Of a stretch of DNA of 64,000 nucleotides, positions 19,117-30,666 are shown one piece after another. Source of the stretch: Thermodesulfobacteriota bacterium (lineage in GTDB: Bacteria > Desulfobacterota > Desulfovibrionia > Desulfovibrionales > Desulfohalobiaceae); assembly GCA_051747685.1 (NCBI GenBank), contig JBNJGM010000001.1, positions 11,888 to 75,887 of the forward strand, in the 5' to 3' direction. Position 1 is the first letter of the stretch; each line of letters starts with the position of its first letter. The translations under genes were made by a program, and so were the position numbers. The notes under the pieces are model-generated. The model ran no database searches, was not told the DNA's origin, and was given only the letters and a program-made list of their open reading frames with translations.

Positions 19117-20595
19117 CTACCGTCCCCAAAAAAGACGCAGAACCTCCTGGCGCGGAGGGCGGGTCAGCAGACTGACACAGACAAAACTCAAACCGCCCAA
19201 TGCCAGGGTGGGTACGATGACATGCATGCCCCAAAAACGCTCGGTAAAGATAGTAAGTGCAAAATAGGCCCCCACTCCGACAACAACAGAGGCCAACGCC
19301 CCGGCGCTATTGGCGCGTCGCCAGTACAACCCCAGCACCAGCGGCCAGAAAAAGGCCGCCTGCAAACCGCCAAAGGCAAAAAGATTAAGCCAAACGATGA
19401 GCTCCGGCGGACGCAAGGCGGCTAAAAAGACAATAAGCCCCAGCAACGCTGTTGAATACACACTTAAGCGGTGCAGCCGCTTCCCGTCGCCCCCACCGGC
19501 AGCGATTTCGGGATGGAAGCAATGCACATAGACATCCTTTATCAAGGTCGCTGCAGCCAAGATCAATTGCGAGTCAATGGTAGACATGATGGCCGCCAGG
19601 GGCCCGGCCAAAAACAGCCCGGCCACCACTGGCGGCAGCACTTCAAGGCTCAGCAGGGGCAAAATCTTGTCCCCAACTTCCAACCCCGGAACAACAGCCC
19701 GGCCCAACGCGCCGCACAAATGCATACCGAGCATGACCGCGCCTAAAACCGCCGTACTCAGAACAATGGCGGTATGCATGGAGCGACTATCACGATAGCC
19801 AAAACAGCGCACGCCGGCATGGGGCAAGCCGATCACCCCCAACCCCACCAAGACCCAAAACGAGAGTATAAACGGCTTAGACAAAAAATCATCGGGCCCA
19901 AAGGGGGTTAGCAGAGCCGGGTCCGTATCGCGCAGGGTTTCAACGATCGGCCCCATACCACCCCCGACTTTGAGCAATCCCCAAAAAAGCGCGGCCATGC
20001 CAAAGAGCATCACCACCCCTTGCACTGCGTCCGTCAATGCCACAGCCCGAAAACCCCCAACGGTCGTGTACAATACAACGGTTGCGGCAAAAATAGCGAG
20101 CCCGAAGTGATACGGTAGCCCGGTAGCGCCTTCAAATAACCGTGCCCCGCCGATAAACTGGGCAACCATGGCAGCCAGAAAAAAGACCACTAGGGCCAGG
20201 GAGGTCAGCACTACCACCCAGCGATTCTCGTATCTGGCCCGCAGGATATCGCTTATGGTCACCGCATCCACCCGCCGGGCGATAATGGCAAATTTCTTGC
20301 CCAAAACCCCAAGGGTCAGCCAAGCTGTAGGGACCTGGATCATGGCCAAAAAAACCCAACCCAAGCCCATTGTATAGGCCACCCCCGGCCCACCGACAAA
20401 ACTGGAGGCGCTGGTGTAGGTGGCCACCAATGTCATGGCCAAGACGAAACCGCCCATGCCACGACTGCCTATGAAATATTCCTCCATAAAGTTGCCGGCT
20501 TTGGACAAAATCCGGTGACTATAAATTGCCAAGGCATAGATCAACACCAGATACAAAGCGAGAGGGACAAGTACCTGCGTATTCACCGCTCCCAT
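19117..20595 (-). CDS. panF: sodium/pantothenate symporter (SSS family)
   Basis: EYFIGSR..GGFVLAMTLVATYTSASSFVGGPG, GGFRAVALTD and AAIMSTIDSQL; coupled to a YhdT-like gene. Confidence 0.92.
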   Translation of the reverse strand: MGAVNTQVLVPLALYLVLIYALAIYSHRILSKAGNFMEEYFIGSRGMGGFVLAMTLVATYTSASSFVGGPGVAYTMGLGWVFLAMIQVPTAWLTLGVLGKKFAIIARRVDAVTISDILRARYENRWVVVLTSLALVVFFLAAMVAQFIGGARLFEGATGLPYHFGLAIFAATVVLYTTVGGFRAVALTDAVQGVVMLFGMAALFWGLLKVGGGMGPIVETLRDTDPALLTPFGPDDFLSKPFILSFWVLVGLGVIGLPHAGVRCFGYRDSRSMHTAIVLSTAVLGAVMLGMHLCGALGRAVVPGLEVGDKILPLLSLEVLPPVVAGLFLAGPLAAIMSTIDSQLILAAATLIKDVYVHCFHPEIAAGGGDGKRLHRLSVYSTALLGLIVFLAALRPPELIVWLNLFAFGGLQAAFFWPLVLGLYWRRANSAGALASVVVGVGAYFALTIFTERFWGMHVIVPTLALGGLSFVCVSLLTRPPRQEVLRLFWGR

Positions 20596-20900
20596 CTCCC
20601 CTCCTCCTGTTCTGCGCTAGGCGTATGCGCCTCTAGGGGAACCTCCTTAAATATGGTCCGCACGGCCACAAAAATAAAAAGAACAAAAAGCGGCAATCCA
20701 AACACGCAACTCCACATGAACCAGGCCGGCAACCCCCAAATCCATGCATATTGATCCACTGGTTTGGTCCCTAAGCCGTAAGCGGTGGCAAACCACCACA
20801 AAAAATTCAATGCCGCCAAAACAATACAGGCCCAGGCTTCCTTGGCAGCCTGGACAAACCGCGGGTCCACTTCCTCGTGTGCATACTTGCCTTTATCCAT
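20583..20900 (-). CDS. yhdT: YhdT/DUF997-family membrane protein
   Basis: DPRFVQAAKEA, GLPAWF and FKEVPL; overlaps the panF start. Confidence 0.88.
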   Translation of the reverse strand: MDKGKYAHEEVDPRFVQAAKEAWACIVLAALNFLWWFATAYGLGTKPVDQYAWIWGLPAWFMWSCVFGLPLFVLFIFVAVRTIFKEVPLEAHTPSAEQEEGRWER

Positions 20901-21167
20901 ATACTTTCCCCAGTGTCCGCCTTTTCTCACAGTCGCGCTCCTTGTGTCCTATTTTCCGGAAACAAAAGCTGGCGACTCATGCCAGCGTCGCACGTTTTCT
21001 GCCGCCTTGAGACTGATTCGTACCTCCTCCACCGCACATTACCTGCCCGGATGCAAATACAAGGCCAAACTGATTGACCAAACAATGCTTATGGTGTCAA
21101 GTCCGTTCTAAACACAGGCACGCAGCAAGGGGCTGCAGCGGGCTTTCGAGCAGGGGCACAATTCCTG

Positions 21168-21854
21168 TTAGACTTCCGCCCAACGCGGCACCCACTTCTG
21201 GGGTTCGGCGAGATGCTGCTCCTGTTCGTACCACCGAGGCATCAGCGAAGCCAAAAATTTTTTGAATTCCGGCCCATGATGGGCATAGCGAGCATGGGCA
21301 AATTCATGCAGAATAACATATTCCACCACAGAAGCAGGAAAAAACAACAGTTTACAATTCAGACTAACTGTGCCTTTGGCGGAAAAACTTCCCCACCGGG
21401 TTTTCTGGCGACGCACTTGCACCCGTTTATACACTGGCAACTCAAAGCGTTGTGCGATCTGAGCGCACCAGTCCGACAAAATGGATTTGGCCCCATTCTG
21501 GAGCCATTGACACAACAACAAACAATTGGTGCGCGTATCTGTTTGCGAGGACAGACAAATCCGTCCGCTTTCTGTATACAGGAAGTCAAAGGCTTCCGGG
21601 GCATAAACGACCTGAAAGGTTTGCCCCAAAGCAGGGAGAGACACTTCGTCAGGCAAGGGGATTGTTTTTTCCCGACATTGATTTTGCGCTTGAAATTGCT
21701 TCTCCAGCCAATAGCGGTACTCTTCCAGGATCGGCGGGACCCTATGGCGGGGAAATCCCGGAGGCACGGTCACGCGGAGCCGACCCTGCTGGACCCGAAG
21801 TATAACCCGCTTCGCCCGCGGGTGTTCATACACTGAATACGGAGGCAACTCCAT
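21168..21854 (-). CDS. M48/YgjP(DUF45)-like metal-dependent hydrolase
   Basis: QKTRWGS, YVILHEFAH (HExxH) and HGPEF. Confidence 0.88.
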   Translation of the reverse strand: MELPPYSVYEHPRAKRVILRVQQGRLRVTVPPGFPRHRVPPILEEYRYWLEKQFQAQNQCREKTIPLPDEVSLPALGQTFQVVYAPEAFDFLYTESGRICLSSQTDTRTNCLLLCQWLQNGAKSILSDWCAQIAQRFELPVYKRVQVRRQKTRWGSFSAKGTVSLNCKLLFFPASVVEYVILHEFAHARYAHHGPEFKKFLASLMPRWYEQEQHLAEPQKWVPRWAEV

Positions 21855-22191
21855 AACACTCTCCCCTTAATCCCGTTCGCAACCGGCCAATGCCCCGTAT
21901 CCCTGAAAACGTTTGATACCTGCGTGTACGGTCGGATTTTAACTTTCTGGAATTTGCTGCCTCAAAAACACTCTAGCCTGCCGGGTTCTCTCGGAGCACA
22001 ACACAGCACGTTTTGCACGAGCTCTCGCCTTGATAACCCCAGCTGCGCAGAACCGCTCGCGATCAATCCTTGCCACTAGTCGAAACGCTTTGTATAAAAC
22101 ACAAGAATCCCGGAAAATTACGGGAGGATAGAGTCCAGTGGCCACACCCGATGGTAGCAGCGCCACTAAGCCAAGCACAAAGGAGCAGACA

Positions 22192-23013
22192 ATGCCCATT
22201 TTCTATCGGTTTATTATAGCAGTACTCTGCCTGGCAGCCAGTCCAGCGTTAACCCAAGCCCAGCCAACATGGCAGCCGTTACAAAAAAGGCTTGTGGATG
22301 ACGGATATTCGCAGGACCGTTTAGAAAACATTTTCAATGACTCCCGCATGGAATTTCTCGCCTGGGTCGTACCCAAAAAAAGCACCCATTCCGAAAACAA
22401 ACTCGACTACGAGCAATTTATCGCTGAAGAAAGCAAACAACGGGCCGCAAAATTTTTTGCCGCGCACCGCGAATTGCTCATTCAGGTCGAGTCCGAGTAT
22501 GGGGTTGAACCGGCGATTCTGGTCGCCCTCTTGGAAGTCGAAACACGTTTGGGTCGGTATACAGGGAGCACCCGAACCATAAACGCCCTCGCGAGCCTCG
22601 CACGGGGCGGCATGCAGGAAAACGCCACCGCCGCGGCCAAACGCCAAGGACAATGGGCTTACCGTGAGTTCAAAGCCCTTTTGGATTGGCAGCCCCAAGC
22701 CCACGCAGAATTGCTCGACTTACAGGGTTCGCCCTTTGGCGCCTTCGGTATCCCTCAATTTATCCCCTCCAGCGCCGCCGCCTATGGCCAGGATTTCGAC
22801 GACTCCGGCCAGGTGGATCTTTTTGCACTGCCCGATGCCGTGGCCAGTGCGGCGCATTATCTCCAAGAACACGGTTGGCAGCCCGATCTCAGCCGAAAAC
22901 AAAAGCTGCAAATCCTGAAAAAATACAACCACAGCACCCCGTACGCCGAAGCGGTCATGTCTCTGGCCGAACGTCTAGACCCCATGCAAAAGGAACACAA
23001 TACAGGACAATAA
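22192..23013 (+). CDS. MltB-like lytic murein transglycosylase
   Basis: Signal peptide, YGVEPAILVALLEVETRLG, GSPFGAFGIPQFIPSS, DFDDSGQVDL and YNHS. Confidence 0.9.
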   Translation: MPIFYRFIIAVLCLAASPALTQAQPTWQPLQKRLVDDGYSQDRLENIFNDSRMEFLAWVVPKKSTHSENKLDYEQFIAEESKQRAAKFFAAHRELLIQVESEYGVEPAILVALLEVETRLGRYTGSTRTINALASLARGGMQENATAAAKRQGQWAYREFKALLDWQPQAHAELLDLQGSPFGAFGIPQFIPSSAAAYGQDFDDSGQVDLFALPDAVASAAHYLQEHGWQPDLSRKQKLQILKKYNHSTPYAEAVMSLAERLDPMQKEHNTGQ

Positions 23014-23096
23014 AACACATGCATCATGGTTTGGCTTCTCATTATTGCTCCTAAATCCGCGCAGATATCGCTCCAGGCGCGATACTGGGGGAGCAA

Positions 23097-23981
23097 TCAC
23101 CCGTACTCCAGGGGCTGAATAACGCGACTGTGCGGCGCCACATCCTCAGTAACCCAAACATTGCCGCCGATAACCGCTTCGCGCCCGATGGTCACACGCC
23201 CCAAAATAGTCGCCCCGGAATAGATAATCACATTGTCCTCTACAATGGGGTGACGGGGAATGCCCTTTATCAATTTCCCCGAGTCATCTTTGGGGAAGGA
23301 TTTGGCCCCAAGGGTGACGCCTTGATACAAGCGGACATTATGCCCAATGCGACAGGTCTCGCCGATCACCGTACCGGTGCCGTGGTCTATAAAAAACCGT
23401 TCCCCGATTTGCGCCCCGGGATGGATATCGATACCGGTTTGGGAATGCGCGAGTTCCGTGATGATCCGAGGAATAAGATGGACACCAAGATTATGCAGGC
23501 CGTGGGCTATCCGATAATTTGTGACCGCCTTGATACTTGGGTAGCAAAAAATCGCTTCCCCGGGGTTTGTCGCCGCAGGGTCCCCCTCATAGGCGGCCTG
23601 CACATCCGTTGCCAGGATATCCCGAAGGTGGGGCAGAGCTTGGACAAATTGGGCCGCCATCTCACGCGAACGCGACTCGCATTCCTGGCAAGGGCCATTG
23701 GCATCGTTGGGGCAAAAAAAACAAAATCCGCGCCGGATCTGCTCCTCAAGGCAACGAAAAATCTCTTCCAATGTCGCGCCGATGTAATACGGCAGGTGCG
23801 GCGGCGCTATATCCACATGCCCGAAATACCCAGGATACAAAACACTTCGCAGCTTCTCCACCACATCTTCCAGTACCGGTACTGAAGGCATGGGCGGCAT
23901 GCCCTGGTTCCGGTGGCAGACCCCGGACTGACTCAGCGCATGCACAATATGATCAAGTTCTATCGGCTCACCTGGCATCAC
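23097..23981 (-). CDS. cysE: serine O-acetyltransferase (EpsC/CysE type)
   Basis: GDPAA, TGIDIHPGAQIG, FIDHGTG, YQGVTLG and RHP motifs. Confidence 0.92.
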   Translation of the reverse strand: MMPGEPIELDHIVHALSQSGVCHRNQGMPPMPSVPVLEDVVEKLRSVLYPGYFGHVDIAPPHLPYYIGATLEEIFRCLEEQIRRGFCFFCPNDANGPCQECESRSREMAAQFVQALPHLRDILATDVQAAYEGDPAATNPGEAIFCYPSIKAVTNYRIAHGLHNLGVHLIPRIITELAHSQTGIDIHPGAQIGERFFIDHGTGTVIGETCRIGHNVRLYQGVTLGAKSFPKDDSGKLIKGIPRHPIVEDNVIIYSGATILGRVTIGREAVIGGNVWVTEDVAPHSRVIQPLEYG

Positions 23982-24415
23982 TACACCTCCTTATCCGTGT
24001 CTTGCGCCATACAAAGGAAATGTTTACATATTGGGGTCTTGGCCACATGGGAGGCTATCGCCTCTGCCCCCGGCAAAAATGCCTTTTTGTCCGAAGCACA
24101 GGGCGAACGGAGTTTTCACCCGGTCATAATCCGTGAAAAGACACATCCCATCCAGAATTTGGACCCGGCCTGCCCCCCTCACAGCGCAGACAGGCACAAT
24201 GCCGTTGTCCGCGCACTATGACGGCTGTGGTTTGCTGTACGCAATGGGAGCACCCACGCTATTTTGACAAGCCGTGGGTACCATCTTGAATTTGGGTTAA
24301 CGGGTCCAAGATACCCGTCCCAGACGGCTCAGCGCGTGTCAGGCACCGTGCCCCAAACCAAGCCAGCATCACAGGAAATTTGCAACAAACAGGTCGTTTT
24401 ATCAGAGGAGACGCT

Positions 24416-26107
24416 ATGAGCACGACCGCGGCACCAACCGGAACACATTTCATCCGTCAGATTGTGGAAGAGGATATACGTATGGGCAACAACCAAGGAC
24501 AGGTTGTCACCCGTTTCCCCCCGGAGCCCAACGGGTATTTACATATCGGCCACGCAAAGTCCATCTGCCTCAACTTTGGCTTGGCCCACGATTATGGCGG
24601 CCGATGCCATCTCCGCTTTGACGATACCAATCCGGTCAAAGAGGAGCAACGCTACATCGATTCCATTCAGGAAGACGTCCATTGGCTGGGGTACGACTGG
24701 CAGGACCACCTCTACTACGCCTCTGACTATTTCCAGCAACTCTTTGAATTCGCCCTGCGCCTGATAAAAATGGGCAAGGCCTATGTCTGTAGCTTAAGCC
24801 CCGAACACATCCGTGCCTATCGGGGTACCCTGACCGAGCCCGGTCAGGAAAGCCCGTACCGAAATCGCAGCATTAAAGACAATCTCGACCTCTTCCAGCG
24901 CATGGCCGCCGGCGCTTTTGCTGAGGGCGAACACGTCCTACGGGCCAAAATCGACATGGCCTCACCCAACCTCAATCTTCGCGATCCGGTAATCTACCGC
25001 ATCATGAACCAAGCCCACCACCGCACCGGTGACACCTGGCATGTCTATCCCACCTACGACTTCGCCCATGGTTTATCCGACTCTCTGGAAGGGATTACGC
25101 ACTCCATTTGCACCCTAGAATTCGAGGACCACCGTCCCCTCTACGATTGGTTTTTGGAACAACTTGGGGTCCACCATCCGCAGCAAATCGAGTTCGCCCG
25201 CCTAAATCTCAACTACACGGTTATGAGCAAGCGAAAATTGCTCCAACTCGTCGAAGAGGGGTATGTGGAGGGCTGGGACGATCCGCGGATGCCAACGATT
25301 TCCGGATTGCGGCGCCGTGGCTTTACTCCCCACTCCATCCGCGATTTTTGCGAACGTATCGGGGTAGCCAAAGCCAACAGCATGGTGGATATGGCCCTTT
25401 TGGAACACTGCCTGCGTGAAGACTTAAATAAACGCGCCCCACGGGTTATGGTCGTGTTGGATCCCATTAAAGTGGTCATTACCAACTACCCCAAGGAACA
25501 GATCGAATACCTTGAGGCGGAAAACAACCCCGAAGACGAGACCATGGGGTCAAGGCAACTTCCTTTTTCGCGGGAAATGTATATTGAACGCTCAGATTTC
25601 CGGGAGGATCCCCCCAAAAAATATTTCCGCCTCGCTCCGGGCCGCGAAGTCCGCCTCAAACACGCCTACTATATCACCTGTGAGCAGGCGATATACGACC
25701 AAGACAGCGGCGAACTGCTGGAACTGCACTGCAGGTATGATCCGGAGACTAAAGGCGGCTGGTCTGAAGATGGGCGCAAGGTGAAAGGAACCCTGCATTG
25801 GGTGGAGGCTCGGCACGGGGTTCCGGCCACAGTACGGCTCTACGACCGGTTGTTTACTGCACCGGTGCCAGGTTCTGGAGAGGACAAGGATTTCAAGGCC
25901 GACATCAATCCCGATTCCTTGAAGATACTTACAAATTGTCTTTTAGAGCCCGGACTGGAGCAGGCCGAGCCTGAAGCCCACTACCAATTCCTGCGGCACG
26001 GCTACTATTGCGTCGATCAGTCCAGCACGCCGCAACAGCCCGTCTTTAATAAAACCGTGGCCCTACGCGACAGCTGGGCCAAAATTGAGAAAAAAGGCGG
26101 CAAATAA
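24416..26107 (+). CDS. glnS: glutamine--tRNA ligase
   Basis: [19 protein letters not shown] and WDDPRMPT motifs; GAGGAG RBS. Confidence 0.97.
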   Translation: MSTTAAPTGTHFIRQIVEEDIRMGNNQGQVVTRFPPEPNGYLHIGHAKSICLNFGLAHDYGGRCHLRFDDTNPVKEEQRYIDSIQEDVHWLGYDWQDHLYYASDYFQQLFEFALRLIKMGKAYVCSLSPEHIRAYRGTLTEPGQESPYRNRSIKDNLDLFQRMAAGAFAEGEHVLRAKIDMASPNLNLRDPVIYRIMNQAHHRTGDTWHVYPTYDFAHGLSDSLEGITHSICTLEFEDHRPLYDWFLEQLGVHHPQQIEFARLNLNYTVMSKRKLLQLVEEGYVEGWDDPRMPTISGLRRRGFTPHSIRDFCERIGVAKANSMVDMALLEHCLREDLNKRAPRVMVVLDPIKVVITNYPKEQIEYLEAENNPEDETMGSRQLPFSREMYIERSDFREDPPKKYFRLAPGREVRLKHAYYITCEQAIYDQDSGELLELHCRYDPETKGGWSEDGRKVKGTLHWVEARHGVPATVRLYDRLFTAPVPGSGEDKDFKADINPDSLKILTNCLLEPGLEQAEPEAHYQFLRHGYYCVDQSSTPQQPVFNKTVALRDSWAKIEKKGGK

Positions 26108-26182
26108 TGCCAGATAAACCGAGACGGGGGGCTGAGGCCCCCTTCCTCAAAAGCGAACCTCGAAACAGGGAGCATACGAGGC

Positions 26183-27106
26183 TTAGGAGGCAAAGAGTTC
26201 AGTACTCAGATAGCGCTCTGCAGGGTCACAAATAATACAAACCGCAAGAGTGTCAGTGGAGTCCTCCCGCCGGGCGATCTCCACGGCCGCATGGACAATC
26301 GCCCCTGAAGAAATACCACAGGCAATCCCCTCTTCGCGCATGAGGCGTCGGGCCATATCTAGAGCCTCAGCATCCGAAACCGGCACGACATCGTCCAGCA
26401 TTCGTGTATCCAGCACCTGCGGCACAAATCCCGCCCCAATGCCCTGAATGGCGTGCGGGCCTCGCTCTCCCCCGGAAAGCACCGGGGAACCGGCTGGCTC
26501 CACTCCCACGCAATGAACCGCAGGATTGCGCTGTTTGAGCACACGACCCACCCCGGTTATCGTTCCTCCCGAACCGACACCGGCCACAAATGTGGTCACC
26601 AGCCCCTCGGTATCACGCCAGATTTCTTCGGCCGTGGTCAGAGCATGGGCCTCAGGATTGGCCGGATTAGCGAATTGCTGGGGCATAAAACTATCCGTAG
26701 TACCAGCGGCAATGCGCTCGGCTTGGGCCACGGCCCCGGGAATACCTTCGGCTGCGGGGGTCAACACCACTTCCGCTCCCCACCCTTCCAATAATTTCCG
26801 GCGCTCCGCACTCATATTTTCCGGCATGGTCAAAACGAGTCGATACCCCTGCACAGCGCACATAAAGGCCAAACCGATTCCGGTATTCCCGGAGGTCGGT
26901 TCCACAATGAGGGTTTGTGGCCCTATACGTCCTTCACGAGCAGCTTTTCGAAGCATATGTACCCCGATTCGGTCTTTGACCGAGGCGCAGGGATTGTATG
27001 TTTCGAGCTTAGCGGTAACTGTCCCTGGACACCCCTTGGTCACCTTATTTAAGCGCACCAAAGGGGTGTTGCCCACCAGCGCCGTCATATCCGGTGCTAT
27101 TCGCAT
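26183..27106 (-). CDS. cysK: cysteine synthase A
   Basis: GNTPLV, SVKDR (PLP lysine), PTSGNTG, GSGGT and [10 protein letters not shown]. Confidence 0.94.
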   Translation of the reverse strand: MRIAPDMTALVGNTPLVRLNKVTKGCPGTVTAKLETYNPCASVKDRIGVHMLRKAAREGRIGPQTLIVEPTSGNTGIGLAFMCAVQGYRLVLTMPENMSAERRKLLEGWGAEVVLTPAAEGIPGAVAQAERIAAGTTDSFMPQQFANPANPEAHALTTAEEIWRDTEGLVTTFVAGVGSGGTITGVGRVLKQRNPAVHCVGVEPAGSPVLSGGERGPHAIQGIGAGFVPQVLDTRMLDDVVPVSDAEALDMARRLMREEGIACGISSGAIVHAAVEIARREDSTDTLAVCIICDPAERYLSTELFAS

Positions 27107-27140
27107 ACAGACTCCTGTTGTAAGGAGTTAGGGGCCATCT

Positions 27141-28097
27141 TTAATCTGCTACAGGAAACATATCCTCACCGAGTAACCGCTCCCGCCACGGTTGCAATGG
27201 CTTCGGCAATACCGTCGTGGTTTGCGATGTTTTGGCCAATTCCACACCACCAGTTGCTGGAAGGATAATATAATAATAGGCGTTTTCCGGGGCAGTTTGC
27301 TCCGACTCCGCGGTGATCAGGGCCCCTTTGGGCCGCCAAGCCACTCCGAGGATCCCTCCAAGACGCTCCTCAGCCACGGGATCATAGGCAGTGAAGCCTT
27401 TAAATCGGCAGGACCGTACCGCAGAAGAGGAACACACATCGCTCCATGGACTGGCCTGGACCAATTGCTCCAAGGCTTGGGCCAGTTCTTCCTCGCGTTT
27501 GGCAAACTGGGGATTTTCAGGCGCCAACTGGTGTAAGCGACGGTAAATGAGCCACTGCGAAGAGTGTTGGTCTGCAGGAAGTTCGGCCAAGATGTTTTGC
27601 AAGCGTTGCTGCTCGAGCTTTTTCGCTTTATCCAGCCATTTCTCCTCTTTCTCAGCATACCCACTCTCCGGAGCTATCTCAGTCAATTGGTTATACAATC
27701 GGGCCACCCGTCCCGGCTCGTCTGGAGTCGCATCCTCTATCTTTTCTAAAAGTACCCCTTCATGAGCTTCCTGGCGCAGGCGCTCTAACGCCGGATCCTG
27801 AACCTCACGATAACGCTGGGCATACGTATAGGCTTCACTGTATTCGCCGGCGTCAATATGTTCGCGAAGGTTTTGTAAAATGGCAGTGCGTTGGGACGAG
27901 AATTGGGTTTGCTGCAAGGAAGACTGCGGCTGCCGCCACGTGGAATACACCCCCAAACCAGCAAAAATCAGCAAAATTCCAAACAAGCCAAGAACGATTA
28001 TCCGAAACCGGGGTGAAGTACCCTGCCGCGACAACTGGCGTACCACCAAAGCCACAACTACCAGTACCAAAAAAAGTAAAACACCTAATCGGGCCAC
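27141..28097 (-). CDS. hypothetical membrane-anchored protein (two N-terminal TM helices, helical soluble domain)
   Basis: 318-aa ORF with GGAG RBS before a GTG start; two hydrophobic segments; fills the rnc-cysK gap. Confidence 0.8.
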   Translation of the reverse strand: MARLGVLLFLVLVVVALVVRQLSRQGTSPRFRIIVLGLFGILLIFAGLGVYSTWRQPQSSLQQTQFSSQRTAILQNLREHIDAGEYSEAYTYAQRYREVQDPALERLRQEAHEGVLLEKIEDATPDEPGRVARLYNQLTEIAPESGYAEKEEKWLDKAKKLEQQRLQNILAELPADQHSSQWLIYRRLHQLAPENPQFAKREEELAQALEQLVQASPWSDVCSSSAVRSCRFKGFTAYDPVAEERLGGILGVAWRPKGALITAESEQTAPENAYYYIILPATGGVELAKTSQTTTVLPKPLQPWRERLLGEDMFPVAD

Positions 28098-28152
28098 AAC
28101 TATTCTCCACGTCTATTAAAGGGAAAGACGCCGCATTTTCTTTACTATCCTT

Positions 28153-28866
28153 TCAGCCCCGCAAATATTCCAATGCCTTGCGTGCGGCCTGTTGTTCCGC
28201 TTTTTTTACGCTGCTGTCAGCGGCGGTGGCCTGTTCACCATTGGGGAGTTCTACCCGAACATGGTAGATTTTCGCGTGTTCAGGCCCAGTACTGTCCTCA
28301 AGATAATACACCGGCCGTTCCTTAAATGTTTGCTGGGTACACTCCTGCAAGCGGCTCTTAAAATCCCGCAGACGTTCATGGCCGTGATCCGTGGGCGCTT
28401 CCGGCCACTTGTCCGCATACAAGCGCAATATACAACTTTTGGCCTCCGCGTAACTCGAATCCAAAAAAATAGCCCCAAAGATAGCCTCCATGACGTCACA
28501 TAAAACTGCGTCCCGGTCACGGCCCCCTTGGGATTCTTCGCCCTTGCCCAAAAAAAGGGCCGGCGCGATATCCAATTGCCGACCCAAAACTGCTAAGGCG
28601 GGTTCGCTGACCAATTTTGACCGCATGCTGGTCAAGCTGCCCTCAGGAACTTCTGGATACCGTTGGTACAATTCTTCGGATATGGACAATTCAAGAACCG
28701 CATCGCCAAGAAATTCCAAACGTTCGTTATGCTTTTCGACATGCAAATGTTCATTGGCGTACGAACTATGTGTCAGGGCAAGCAACAAAAGCTCTCTGTC
28801 TTGAAAAGAATAGTGTAAACGCTTTTCGACACTTCGAAGCAACGCATATTGCATAAATTCTACCAT
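28153..28866 (-). CDS. rnc: ribonuclease III
   Basis: ALTHSSY, NERLEFLGDAVL and C-terminal dsRBD (DFKSRLQE...KKAEQQAA); start at 28866 or 28854. Confidence 0.96.
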   Translation of the reverse strand: MVEFMQYALLRSVEKRLHYSFQDRELLLLALTHSSYANEHLHVEKHNERLEFLGDAVLELSISEELYQRYPEVPEGSLTSMRSKLVSEPALAVLGRQLDIAPALFLGKGEESQGGRDRDAVLCDVMEAIFGAIFLDSSYAEAKSCILRLYADKWPEAPTDHGHERLRDFKSRLQECTQQTFKERPVYYLEDSTGPEHAKIYHVRVELPNGEQATAADSSVKKAEQQAARKALEYLRG

Positions 28867-29045
28867 TTTTTCCTGGAATGTAAAAAGCCTGCTAAAGCTG
28901 AAACATTTGCCTCCCAGCCCGAAATGCGCTAGAAAAGGCAGACTGTCGTGAAGGACAGCGAGGTTGTATTCTTCCAAACGCCTTTTCTTTCGCCATAGCA
29001 GTAGAGGCCCCCACACAGCAGATATTTGAATACCGGAGAATCGTA

Positions 29046-29726
29046 ATGGCCAAGCAACGTTTTATCCGTCGCGAATTCGCGATCACTGAGCCTGATGTCA
29101 GCACCACCCACTGCCATCAGCACCCCGTCACTCGCACACGCTTCGACCCCAGCCAGGGAAACATCTTTCTGGTCGGCTTGCGCGCCAGCGGTAAATCCAC
29201 CGTCGGGCGAGCTCTGGCCTCAAGTATGGGGCTTGCTTTCATTGATACGGACACAGCAATCACTGATCACGCCGGAATTTCAATACGCGAAATCGTCGAT
29301 CGTGAAGGCTGGGAAGGATTCAGGCGCGTTGAGCATGAAGTCCTTATTTCGATTTGTCAACAGAAAGGACAAGTTGTGGCAACCGGTGGGGGCATTGTGC
29401 TTTTGCCCCAAAATCGGGACCTGCTCAAACAACACGGCCAGGTCTTCTATCTCATGGCCGACGTACCGCTTCTCCAAAGCCGACTCGCCCAAGATCCACA
29501 GGCCAACAACCGACCGGCACTGGGTACAGCTCCGCTAGACGAAGAACTCCAGGTGACCTTCCAAGAACGCGAACCCTTGTATTTCCAAGTCATGCACCAC
29601 ATCCTCCAGGCCCATAAACCTGTGCCAGAGTTGGTACAGGACGCCTTGATGGCCCTAGGACACATCCCGTGGACCGCAGATGACGAAGATGCAGCAATGC
29701 TCGACCCCGGGGACGGCGATGTCTAA
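29046..29726 (+). CDS. aroK: shikimate kinase (AroK/AroL)
   Basis: GLRASGKST, FIDTD, GWEGFR, ATGGG and RP motifs; N-terminal extension. Confidence 0.9.
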   Translation: MAKQRFIRREFAITEPDVSTTHCHQHPVTRTRFDPSQGNIFLVGLRASGKSTVGRALASSMGLAFIDTDTAITDHAGISIREIVDREGWEGFRRVEHEVLISICQQKGQVVATGGGIVLLPQNRDLLKQHGQVFYLMADVPLLQSRLAQDPQANNRPALGTAPLDEELQVTFQEREPLYFQVMHHILQAHKPVPELVQDALMALGHIPWTADDEDAAMLDPGDGDV

Positions 29727-30525
29727 CCACCGCTTTCCCGCAACAAGCCAACACCTTACTGACTTGCGCTCCTGGTTTGACGAATTCGTCACCCGACACC
29801 GACAGGATACAGTTGCAGAGCAGCGCAATATCGACCTCAAACACGGCCATAGTTACCGGGTTTTCCAGGAAGCCACAGCCATTTGTGACGCTTTACAGCT
29901 CCCAGATGCCCAACGCCTGCTGGCGCAAAGTGGCGCCCTGTTGCACGATGTCGGTCGTTTTCCCCAGTATAACCGGTACAAAACGTTCAGTGACCCCGAT
30001 TCTCTCAACCATGCCCGGCTTGGCGTCGCAACGCTGCGAGAACACACTGTTTTAGCAAAAACCGGTTTTTCCGTTGGACAAAGCCGGGATGTCCTTTTGG
30101 CTGTTTTGCTGCACAATCGCAAAGAACTCCCCTCCAGGCTGAGCGCTTGGCACAGCCGACTCTGTTCTATCGTTCGCGACGCGGACAAGCTCGACATTTT
30201 TTCCGTTATGCTGGAGCATTTAGAGCGTCCGCAAAGCGACCAGAGCCCGACCCTTACCTTGGGGCTCCAACCCGACCCGACACGCTACAGCCCGGCATTG
30301 GTATCCCAGGTCGCCGCAGGAAGGCTCGTAGATTATCGCCACCTTGTCTGGGTCAATGATTTCAAACTGCTCCTGGCCAGTTGGGTGTCCAACTTCGCTT
30401 TTCCCGTCAGCCGGCAACGCTTGCGCGACTCCGGTCTATTAGGCCGTCTTCTGGCCATGCTGCCCGATACCCAGGAATGTGCAGACCTAGCCCAAAGCTT
30501 CGCTGACCCGCCCCTTAGATCCTGA
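29719..30525 (+). CDS. HD-domain phosphohydrolase
   Basis: KHGHSYRV, LLHDVGRFPQY, NHA, HN and RDADKLD motifs. Confidence 0.88.
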   Translation: MSNHRFPATSQHLTDLRSWFDEFVTRHRQDTVAEQRNIDLKHGHSYRVFQEATAICDALQLPDAQRLLAQSGALLHDVGRFPQYNRYKTFSDPDSLNHARLGVATLREHTVLAKTGFSVGQSRDVLLAVLLHNRKELPSRLSAWHSRLCSIVRDADKLDIFSVMLEHLERPQSDQSPTLTLGLQPDPTRYSPALVSQVAAGRLVDYRHLVWVNDFKLLLASWVSNFAFPVSRQRLRDSGLLGRLLAMLPDTQECADLAQSFADPPLRS

Positions 30526-30666
30526 CCGTTTTCGACCCCGTCATTCCGGCTTGAACACAAGTTTCGGATTTGCGGGCCCAACCCCCCAGCGCCCTGGGCC
30601 GTCCCGCATGCCTGAAAGAGTTTCGGCGCTACCTGAGCGGCATAGAGCCCTGCGCACGCCGCAGGC

